This document shows, one piece after another, positions 1-9,820 of a DNA stretch of 64,000 nt (the first letter of the stretch is position 1; every line of letters starts with the position of its first letter). The stretch lies in contig NC_043025.1 in assembly GCF_006345805.1 (NCBI RefSeq), forward strand, positions 8,618,001 through 8,682,000, in the 5' to 3' direction. Position numbers and translations under genes: made by a program. Below the pieces are notes generated by a model, which saw nothing but the letters and a program-made list of their open reading frames with translations, was not told the DNA's origin and made no database searches. The DNA is from Octopus sinensis (Eukaryota).

Positions 1-84
1 TTTCTTTTCTTCTTTTAACTGTATATATAAATATAGATAGTTTTGGTGAAGCATTGTGAGGTATAACTTTAAAGAAGCTTGCTG

Positions 85-118
<34 letters not shown>

Positions 119-370
119 GTATAAAGTAAGATAGGTGGTTATGGATGTAACCCACTATGGGATATCATTTATCCAATATACTGTTAGTACAGTACCCAAA
201 TTCTTAATACATAAATGTTTTTAATTGCAATGCAATTAAGTCATTTATTGTATTAAACGGGTGAAGGTAAAGAAATATTTTTGCAGTAAATTAATAATAC
301 AAATAAGAAAATGGAGAAACAAATTTGGTTTGTTCATCAACTTAAGGATATTATAATGTTGGAATATATA

Positions 371-573
371 CAGGGGTTGGACAAAATAATGGAAACACCT
401 TAAAATTTCAAGCAAATTTATTTTAATATGAAGTAGGACCGCCTTTGGTAGTAATTACGGTTTGAATTCTATGAGGTATGGACTCAAACAAAGTTTGAAT
501 TGTTTCCAAAGGAATTTTTCTCCATTCTTCATCTAAAACAGTTTCCAGTTCTTGTAGTGATGATGGTGGAGGA
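371..573 (-). mobile_element. Tc1-like transposon end fragment
   Basis: TA followed by TIR caggggttggacaaaataatggaaacac. The minus strand encodes a transposase C-terminus PPSSLQELETVLDEEWRKIPLETIQTLFESIPHRIQTVITTKGGPTSY*. Confidence 0.8.
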
Positions 574-674
574 TATTATTAGGTTAAAAATAACTTCCTT
601 AAATTATTAATTTTGTAGAGTATTAAACCATTTTTTTTTTTTGCTTATAAGATAAGTTACCATTGGGAAGCAAG

Positions 675-1461
675 CTTCTTATTTCTTTACTACCCACAAG
701 GGGCTAAACATAGAGGGGACAAACAAGGACAGACAAAGGGATTAAATCAAGTACATCGACCCCCAGTGCATAACTGGTACTTAATTTATCAACCCCGAAA
801 GGATGAAAGGCAAAGTTGACCTCAGCAGAATTTGAACTCAGAACGTAACGGCAGACGAAATACCTATTTCTTTACTACCCATAAGGGGCTAAACACAGAG
901 GGAACAAACAAGGACAGACAAAGGGATTAAATCAAGTACATCGACCCCCAGTGCGTAACTGGTACTTAATTTATCAACCCTGAAAGGATGAAAGGAAAAG
1001 TCGACCTCGGCGGAATTTGAACTCAGAACATAGCGGCAGATGAAATACCTATTTCTTTACTACCCACAAGGGGCTAAACACAGTGAGGACAAACAAGGAC
1101 AGACAAATGGATTAAGTCGATTATATCAACCCCAGTGCGTAACTGGTACTTATTTAATTGATCCCGAAAGGATGAAAGGCAAAGTCGACCTCGGCGGAAT
1201 TTCAACTCAGAATGTAACGGCAGACGAAATACCTATTTCTTTACTGCCCACAAGGGGCTAAACACAGAGAGGACAAACAAGGACAGACAATTAAGTCGAT
1301 TATATCGACCCCAGTGCATAACTGGTACTTATTTAATTGACCCCGAAGGATGAAAGGCAAAGTCGACCTCGGCGGAATTTGAACTCCGAACGTAGCGGCA
1401 GACGAAATACTGGTAAGCATTTCGCCTGGCAGGCTAAGGTTTCTGCCAGCTCACCGCCTTA
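675..1461 (-). mobile_element. Head-to-tail tandem of four tRNA-derived SINE copies (family 1, ~185-bp unit)
   Basis: Repeated unit with B-box-like gagttcaaattcc and core gcctttcatcctttcggggtcgataaattaagtaccag. Other copies at ~11990-12210, 28225-28672, 28815-29235, 30286-30464, 42955-43175, 53430-53660 and many decayed ones. Confidence 0.85.
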
Positions 1462-1670
1462 AAGCTTCTTACCACACAGCCACTCCTGTGCCTATGCTGA
1501 CAATTCAGCCAACCCACCACCTTAGCCAAGCAAAATATTAACAGCATGAACTTCACTGATCCTCCAAAATAAAATTAAGCAAAAACAAGCAAAGAGAGAG
1601 AGAAAGGGAGAGAGACACACAGACAGAATGGTTCTGTAAAATGAAATTTAGTCTCAGTTTGCAAACTTAC

Positions 1671-1842
1671 CTCGAGAGGTTCAATTTGCTGTTGAGGACT
1701 TGTCGTCTCTGGTTTCTCGAGGGCTCATGAGCCAACGACCGGATCATGGTCTTACGAAGCTTCTGCCCTTTATCCAGCAAGATGGAAATTATGTCTGGGT
1801 AACCGGGGTCTGCAGCAAGATGGTCTTCCAGGATTGATGTCC
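1671..1842 (-). CDS. C2CD3: C2CD3 coding exon 7 (gene continues beyond the left edge of the window)
   Basis: (G)TSILEDHLAADPGYPDIISILLDKGQKLRKTMIRSLAHEPSRNQRRQVLNSKLNLS. DIISILLDKGQKLRKTM matches C2CD3 DLLSALLEQGNKLRNAM. Acceptor cctaaag, donor gtaagt, starts in phase 1. Confidence 0.88.
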
Positions 1843-2264
1843 CTTTAGGAGAAGGTGATAGTGATGAGGTGGGTGTGCGTTAAGGGTAATTATTTTTTAG
1901 GGCAAGAAGGAAGCACAGGGTAGATAAGGAGGGGGTATATGGGGGTAAAAGGAAAAGATAATCGTAGTTAGACATAAGAACAGAGGAGTATGGTAAATGG
2001 GTATGTTTGTCTTTAGTACAGAGGTGAGTGGGAGGAGTAGTTATTGGCATCCCCTACAGCCTCATTATGAACACAATCCTCATCATCGCTATCGTGAAAA
2101 TCACAATAATCATTAGTCACCAACATTACAATCATCACCAAATAGTCATCGGCAGCGGTGTATCTTCATTGTCACATCACGCTCATCCCCACCAAACAAC
2201 ATTGGTGGACTATGAGGAACAAAATGAGATAGACAACTGAGCCCTAGAGCACCTTCATCTTTAA

Positions 2265-4024
2265 CCCTTTCATTACCGTATTTATTTTGAGATGTTCTGT
2301 GTTTTTCAATTAATTTAAATATAACAAAGAATTTAGTAAAATAACTTAGTTATTAAGCGAGTGCTAGGAACATAAATTGTGACTAAGGTTTGGTGGAAGA
2401 TTTGAATTCAAAACTTATGGAAACAAGACATTTGTACTACAGAGCCAGGGGCAGTTTGAGCTGAGTTGGTATCAAAAGGGTTAAAAATATCATGGTGACT
2501 TGAACCCTTTTGTTACCATATTTCTGTTGAGATGCTCTGTGTTTCTTTCAATTAATTTAAAATATAATAAAGAATTTAGTAAAATAACTTGGATATCATT
2601 AAACTAGTGTTAGGACCATAAATTGTGACTAAGGTTTGGTGGAAGATTTTAATTCAAAACTTATGGAAACAAGACATTTGTACTACAGAGCCAGAGGGTT
2701 AAGCCGAATCCATCTCTATACTCATTACTAACCTCACCTTGCACTTCTGAGCATGGCTTGTGTGACTTTCATGTCCATCGCCTCCAAGCTTCCTCAGAGA
2801 TAACCAGATCATAGAGCAGGAAACGCTGTCAAAGGCCTTCTCGAGGTCAACAAATGCCAGGTGTAAGAGCTTATTCCTAGTGAGATACTTTTCCTCACAA
2901 GAAAGTTAGTATCAGTAGTACTTCTTCCTGATACAAAACCAAACAGCATTACCCCTATGCTAATTCTCTTCCCCATCAAATGAGTTATAACTTTTTCTGT
3001 TAACTTCATAACCAGGTCCTGCAGCTTAATATCTTAACCCTTTCATTACAGTATTTCTGTTGAGATGCTCTGTGTTTCTTTCAATTAATTTTAAATATAA
3101 CAAAGAATTTAGTAAAATAACTTAGTTATCATTAAGCTAGTTTTAGGAACATAAATTGTGACTAAGGTTTGGTGGAAGATTTTAATTCAAAACTTATGAA
3201 AACAAGACATTTGTACTCAGAGCTAGAGGTGGTTTCAACAGGGTTGGTAATAAAAGGGTTGTTAATTAAGGGGTTGTTTCTTCTCTCTAGCATATCATTT
3301 TTACATTTCTAGCTGCTGACAAAAGTGCTGCTACACCAGTCATTGGGTATGACACCTTCCTGTACAACCTGATTATTATGCAGGTGATGAGCCTCACACT
3401 TGGAGTTTGCATCATCACCAGTCTTGAATCCCTGTCTGGCTCAGTATATCAATCTCCTGTAAACTGTTCCGAAACAGGCGACCAAATGAATACTCACCAA
3501 CAAACAAATATCATACTCTGAAGTAAACGTCTTGCTTCTCTGGGCATGGATACATTAACCCTTTCGTTACCAACCTGGTTGAAACCGGCTCTGGCTCTGA
3601 GTACAAATGTCTTGTTTTCCTAAGTTTTGAATTAAAATCTTCCACCAAAACTTAGTCACAATTTATGTTCCTAACACTAGCTTAATGATAACTAAGTTAT
3701 TTTACTAAATTCTTTGTTCTATTTAAAATTAATTGAAAGAAACACAGAGCATCTCAGCAGAAATATTGTAACAAAAGGGTTAAAGTCACCATGATATTTT
3801 TAACCCTTTTGATACCAACCCGGCAGAAACCGCCTCTGGCTCTGAGTACAAATGTCTTGTTTTCATAAGTTCTGAATTAAAATCTTTCACCAAACCTTAG
3901 TCACAATTTATGTTCCTAACACTGGCTTAATGATAACCAAGTTATTTTACTAAATTCTTTGTTATATTTAAAATTAATTGAAAGAAACACAGAACATCTC
4001 AAAATAAATACAGTAACAAAAGGG
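2265..4024. mobile_element. Cluster of five ~220-bp piggyBac-type MITE copies (2265-2480, 2505-~2700, 3038-3258, 3559-3779, 3804-4024)
   Basis: Termini CCCTTT...AAAGGG flanked by TTAA at most ends. The first three copies and the last two are in opposite orientation. Confidence 0.8.
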
Positions 4025-4255
4025 TTAAGCTCCAACGTCTAACAACTGACTTGGTAGATACCCACAAGCTTATCCACCATCTTTCCAACAACAACCTTGG
4101 GGATCTTTTTGAGGTCCATATGTCTAACACTGAAGGGCATACTTACAAAATGAATTAAAAAAGCCAACACGGCACCCATGGCTTTCGGAAACATTCTTTC
4201 ATGCTCAGAGTTGCTGCAGCAGGGAATAAACAACCAGCATCAGTTGTTAAGACAC
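2735..4255 (-). mobile_element. RTE-like LINE remnant broken into three colinear pieces by MITE insertions
   Basis: Frameshifted RT motifs FGFVSGRSTTD and LHLAFVDLEKAFD at 2735-3030, EGVIPNDWCSSTFVS at 3300-3550, and a probable upstream piece at 4030-4255. Confidence 0.8.
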
Positions 4256-4257
4256 TA

Positions 4258-4870
4258 CATCATCATCATCATCGTTTAACGTCTGTTTTCCCGACTAGCA
4301 TGGGTTGGACGGTTCAACTGGGGTCTGGGAAGCCAGGAGGCTGTACCAGGCTCCAGTCTGATCTGGCAGTGTTTCTACAGCTGGATGCCCTTCCTAATGC
4401 CAACCACTTTACAGACTATATACATATACATACACATATATATATATATATATCATCATCATCATCATTTAGCGTCTGCTTTCCATGCTAGCATGAGTTG
4501 GACGGTTCAACTGGGGTCTGGGAAGCCAGGAGGCTGCACCAGGCTCCAGCCTCATCTGGCAGTGTTTCTACAGCTTGATGCCCTTCCTAATGCCAACCAC
4601 TTTACAGACTATATACATATACATGCACATATATATATATATATATCATCATCATCATCATTTAGCGTCTGCTTTCCATGCTAGCATGGGTTGGACGGTT
4701 CAACTGGGGTCTGGGAAGCCAGGAGGCTGCACCAGGCTCCAGCCTCATCTGGCAGTATTTCTACAGCTGGATGCCCTTCATAACGTCAACGACTCCGAGA
4801 GTGTAGTGGGTGCTTTTTACGTGCCACCGGCACAGGTGCCAGGGGAGGCTGGCAAGGGCCACAATTGGTT
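4258..4870 (-). repeat. Tandem triplication (~193-bp unit) of the LINE 3'-tail repeat plus (TA)n
   Basis: Three near-identical catcatcat...ggatgcccttcctaatgccaacc units. Confidence 0.85.
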
Positions 4871-5603
4871 GATGCTTTTTATGTGCCACCATCACCCAGC
4901 AGTACACCTGATGCCAACATCCCCAATGTTTTTCTTTTTTAAAGACTCATTCGCTGTTCACTCCCACAACATTATTCTGTGAACTGTTCATGCACTTTTG
5001 GCTATTTGTTTTTTCTGATGAGTTGTAGTACACTGAGCACTGTATACAATAAGTTCATCATTATTATTATACACCACTCATGCCAGTGGCACATAAAAGC
5101 ACCCACTACACTCTCGGAGTGGTTGGCGTTAGGACGGGCATCCAGCTGTAGAAACTCTGCCAGATCAGATTGGAGCCTGGTGCAGCCAACTGGTTCGCCA
5201 GTCCTCAGTCAAATCGTCCAACCTATGCTAGCATGGAAAGTGGACATTAAACGATGATGATGATGATGAGGAGGATGATGATATATATATATATATATAT
5301 ATATAGCAGCAAAATTAAGGAACGGCCATAATAGGCCGTTCAACCCACTAGAAATAGCAGCCAAGGCTTCAACCGCAAAAAAGTATTAATTCCGTAAACC
5401 AGGAGAAAATTTAAAAAAACATTTACCCTGTTATACTTTATACAATGCATCGTTTCATCTATTTTTTAATGGTAAATCAGCCTGATTAATTTTGCTGTTG
5501 AATTTATTAATAGTCTCTGACTATTTCCTTTTTCCCACTAGACCGCTGGTGGCAAATAATTTCTGAATTTTTGCTACCCTATATTGATTAAATATATATA
5601 TAT

Positions 5604-5650
<47 letters not shown>

Positions 5651-6051
5651 TATAATATTTTATATATATATATATATATATACCGCCTGACTGGCTCTTG
5701 TGCCGGTGGCACATAAAAGCACTCACTAACCTCTCGGAGTGGTTGGCGTTAGGAAGGGCATCCAGCTGTAGAAACTCTGCCAGATCAGACTGGAGATTAG
5801 TGCAGCCAACTGGTTCGCCAGTCCTCAGTTAAATCGTCCAACCCTTGCGAGCATGGAAAGCGGACATTAAACGATGATGATGATGATGACGATGATGACC
5901 ACTGTTTCCTGATGGACCAAGTTCCTTCCTTTTCAATCCAATTGAATTGGGGCTAAACAAGAAGAAATAGCAGTCCCCCTCACATTGTATGATTCCCTCC
6001 CTGCTATGCAATGACAATCTCACAACAAAACACTCTCTCAGTTATATTTAC

Positions 6052-6274
6052 CAGGCTGTTGTGCCAGGTGGGGAGATGAAGTGGATTTTGTCTTCAGAAT
6101 CGGGAAGTTTTGGGTGTGTACAACATCGCCAGCAGTGGTAATGGAAACGGTGGTACCGCATTCTTGGTACTGGGATCTAGGGGCAGCATCAATGCCCCTG
6201 GGCTGTAGGTCAAGGCCAGCTGTTACTTGAGATGTTGGAGGGTACTTCCTGTTGATGCTGAACATTGAAGAACT
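6052..6274 (-). CDS. C2CD3: C2CD3 coding exon 6
   Basis: SSSMFSINRKYPPTSQVTAGLDLQPRGIDAAPRSQYQECG...HLAQQP(G). 223 bp stop-free, acceptor tcttcag, donor gtaaat, phases 0/1 link exons 5 and 7. Low-conservation linker. Confidence 0.8.
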
Positions 6275-6432
6275 CTGAAGATAGATGAAGAAGAGGTAAC
6301 GTGTCAGTGTGTGTGTGTGTGTGTGATTTCGACAACATATGTAAGTTTTATTGATGTGAAAAAGAATGGGTGCTGTTGTTTAACCTTCAATGTGCTGATG
6401 TGGTGAATCAGACAACAAATGTTTCCAAAGTA

Positions 6433-7582
6433 TTGGGTTGTCCGGAAAGTTCATGCCGATTTTTAAAGGAAAGAAAAAGGTCAATAAATACTTGCCATTA
6501 CATTTTTAATCAACCAAATATGAACCATTTTGTTGCACAATGCATCTCCATCTTTCCTTTAACTTAAAATACCCTCTTCTCCACTATTGCTCAAAAACCG
6601 GTGTTGGTTTGTTTATGTCACCATAACTGAGCAGTTTGGCAATAAACAGATGAATAGAATAAGTGCCAGATTTGAGAAAAAGTGTAAAGTACTGGTGATG
6701 ATTTGTTCAATTAAAAGAACACTCCAGCATGGCCATCGTTTAATAACTGAAACAAGTAAAATATTGGTGTGTCCGGAAAGTTCGTGCCGATTTTTAAAGA
6801 AAAGAAAAAAGGTCAATAAATACTTGCCATTACATTTTTAATCAACCAAATATGAACCATTTTGTTGCACAATGCGTCTCCATCTTTCCTTTAACTTGAA
6901 AATACCCTCTTCCCAGAATTGAGGTGGTTTCATGGCAAAGAATTCATCAAGGTATCTTTTTACGTCATCCAGAGAATTGAAATTTTTGCCATTAAGACTA
7001 TTCTGCAGAGACCTGAATAAGTGGAAATCCAAAGGAGCAATATCTGGTGAATATGGAGGGTGGGGTAACACATCCCAGCCAAGCTGCAGCAATTTTTGTC
7101 TGGTTCCCAAAGCATCAAGTTCCGAAAATGAACTTTCTTATCTTCCATTTTAAAGGGTTATAAAATTAACACAGGTTAGAGGAACATAAACCTTCTTCCA
7201 CGAAAAGATAGCTTAAACTGTGCTCTAAATGGAGGTGTAGTCAAATTCTATTTTATGAACTCAACCATGTTCTAAAATAAGACGAAAGGTAAGCTACTAT
7301 AAATCGGCACGAACTTTCCGGACATCCCGGCCGAGCTGCAGCAATTTTTGTCTGGTTCCCAAAGCATCAAGTGCCGAAAATGAACTTTTTTATCTTCCAT
7401 TTCAAAGGGTTATAAAATTAACACAGGTTAGAGGAACATAAACCTTCTTCCATGAAAAGATAGCTCAAACTGTGCTCTGAATGGAGGTGTAGTCAAATCC
7501 TACTTTATGCACTCAACCATGTTCTAAAATAAGTCAAAAGGTAAGCTGCTATAAATCGGCATGAACTTTCTGGACAACCCAA
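6433..7582 (-). mobile_element. Internally deleted mariner element with duplicated ends
   Basis: TA-flanked TIRs ttgggttgtccggaaagttcatgccgattt / aaatcggcatgaactttctggacaacccaa. Transposase N-terminus MEDKKVHFRNLMLW abuts the C-terminus LLQLGWDVLPHPPYSPDIAPLDFHLFRSLQNSL (mariner YSPD motif). Confidence 0.9.
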
Positions 7583-7741
7583 TACTTCTCTTACTAACTA
7601 CAAGATAATGCATAATTATTACATTTGACAGAATAATCTGGATGCTGAAAGATGAACATTGACACCAAAACCAACATGATTGTGAAATAAACTTAACTGC
7701 AGAGCCATGGGAGGAGAGGAAGAAACACAAATCCAGCTTAC

Positions 7742-7866
7742 CTCTGGTTCGGATGAGGGTAACAGGTGTGATGGTGGATATGTGATGTTGGTCAGTGCCA
7801 CAGGTCCTGCAGGTTGAGGATCGACAATGTCTGGTGTTGGTACAAACCCAGTGCTGTCGTAAGACT
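7742..7866 (-). CDS. C2CD3: C2CD3 coding exon 5
   Basis: (E)SYDSTGFVPTPDIVDPQPAGPVALTNITYPPSHLLPSSEPE, matching ETYDS of C2CD3. 125 bp, acceptor cttttcag, donor gtaagc, phases 1/0. Confidence 0.85.
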
Positions 7867-7924
7867 CTGAAAAGGCAAACCTAAAATTGTATCTCCAGAA
7901 GTAAGTTGCTTTTCTAACAGTTAT

Positions 7925-8272
7925 AAAACTGGTAGAAAAGCAGGATAGAGCGTGGGGGAATTGGTAGAAAATGAGGACAGGAAATGGAAGAATTGGTTAA
8001 GAAGAAGGACAGTGGGTAGGAGAAGTGATAGAGAAGCAGGACAGGGGATGGGAAAACTGGTTGAGAATCAGGACAGGGGATGGGAGAATTGGTAGAGAAG
8101 CAGGATAGGGGATGGGAGAATTGGTAGAAAAGCAAGATAGGGGATGGGACAATTGGTAGAGAAGCAGGATAAGGGATGGGAGAATTGGTAGAGAAGCAGG
8201 ATAAGGGATGAGAAAATTGGTAGAGAAGCAGGACAGGGGATGGGAGAATTAGTAAAGAAGCAGGACAGGGAA
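7925..8272. repeat. Purine-rich minisatellite, ~32-bp unit ggggatgggagaattggtagagaagcaggata, about ten copies
   Basis: Read directly from the sequence; it fills most of the short C2CD3 intron 7867-8372. Confidence 0.85.
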
Positions 8273-8372
8273 TGCTATTTCTGGAAGGTTGAATGACCAT
8301 GTAGAAGTTGTTTTGTTGGCCTGAAGGGAGATTATATGAATGAATTTGTAGGGTTTGAAGACTAAGACTTAC

Positions 8373-8449
8373 CCATCAGTGGCTGCAGTTCAATAGAAAC
8401 ATGTAGTTCAGCTATTTTAACATCCTTCAATGATAAAACAGGATAAACA
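8373..8449 (-). CDS. C2CD3: C2CD3 coding exon 4
   Basis: (N)VYPVLSLKDVKIAELHVSIELQPLM(E), matching C2CD3 KKLGELQVSLALEPL. 77 bp, acceptor tttttcag, donor gtaagt, phases 2/1. Confidence 0.9.
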
Positions 8450-8732
8450 CTGAAAAATAAACAGCAATTAGGTAATATTACATGATGATGAGGATGATAA
8501 TAATAATAATAATAATAATGGTTTCAAACTTTGGTACAAGGCCAGCAATTTCAGGGAAGCGGGGTAAGTCGATTACAATGACTCTAGTGTTTAACTGGGA
8601 CTTGTTTTATTGACCCCAATAGGATGAAAGGTGAAGCTGATCTCAGTAGAATTTGAACTGAGAAAATAAAGAGGAACAAAATACCACTAGGCATTTTGCC
8701 TGGCACATTAACGATTCTACCAGCTCACTACC

Positions 8733-8784
<52 letters not shown>

Positions 8785-8785
8785 T

Positions 8786-8820
<35 letters not shown>

Positions 8821-8849
8821 TTATAATAATAATAATAGTAATAAATAGG

Positions 8850-9009
8850 CACAGGAGTGGCTGTGTGGTAAGTAGCTTGCTTACTAACCACATGGTTCCG
8901 GGTTCAGTCCCACTGTGCGGCATCTTGGGCAAGTGTCTTCTGCTATAGCCTCAGGCCATCCAAAGCCTGGTGAGTGGATTTGGTAGACGGAAACTGAAAG
9001 AAGCCCGTC

Positions 9010-9086
<77 letters not shown>

Positions 9087-9305
9087 GTGTGTGTAGATAT
9101 GTTTGTGTGTCTGCGTTTGTTCCCCCAACATTGCTTGACAACCGATGCTGGTGTGTTTACGTCCCCGTAACTTAGTGGTTCGGCAAAAGCGACCGATAGA
9201 ATAAGTACTAGGCTTACAAAGAATAAATCCTGGGGTTGATTTGCTCGACTAAAGGCGGTGCTCCAGCATGGCCACAATCAAACGACTGAAACAAGTAAGA
9301 GAGTA
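8850..9305 (+). mobile_element. tRNA-derived CORE-like SINE (family 2) with internal (TA)n; the most abundant repeat in the window
   Basis: Head aggagtggctgtgtggtaag (A box) and ggttcagtccc (B box), CORE-like ccttgggcaagtgtctt, tail gactgaaacaagtaaaagag. Further copies at ~15275, 27241, 45786, 52405, 53675, 58080, 58868, 60655, 62553, 62950 (+) and ~10480, 37435, 60840 (-). Confidence 0.85.
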
Positions 9306-9349
9306 AAGAGTAATAAATGGGATGCAGCAAATATTCTGCTCAATACCAC

Positions 9350-9820
9350 AGATTTGCTTGTCAGTTGTTTGACCTTAATCAGTTGAGCATGTCCCTTAGT
9401 TGCTGACAATATGTGCATCTCTGATCACGAGCAGAAGTAGTGGGAGAGCATCATAGCCATGTGTCAAGAGGGATTCTTAGAGGTTTGGCTAATTCACCCT
9501 TGGAAACATGGGTGGTTCGTTCGACATCCTTAAACAATCCTTATTCAAGGACCTTTTGAGTGGGATGGGTTGCTCGACCAGAAGAAAATTCTAACTGGGC
9601 CCCACTTGTGAGGTCATGCACTGTTTATCTTGATATGAGATCACTGTGTCGCGCACATATGGTTGTGATGCATGTGCCTGGTGTACCCTTATCAGACGGG
9701 TAGTCATGATGAGTATACTGGACTTTGTAAATTTGTACCCCAGTGTCACTTTGATGGCATGCACTACTCTCTCACTCAATAATAATAATAATAATAATAT
9801 AATTAATAATAATAATAATA
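9350..9820 (+). mobile_element. Retroposon 3' fragment with (AAT)n tail; second copy at ~21490-21840
   Basis: Two diverged homologous ~400-bp blocks, both ending actcaataataataat. Confidence 0.6.

Noticed and set aside
7867-7880. Acceptor at 7880 as the main C2CD3 exon 5 start
   Set aside because: Once the 77-bp exon at 8449-8373 was found, only 7866 keeps the frame. 7880 is retained only as a possible minor isoform.
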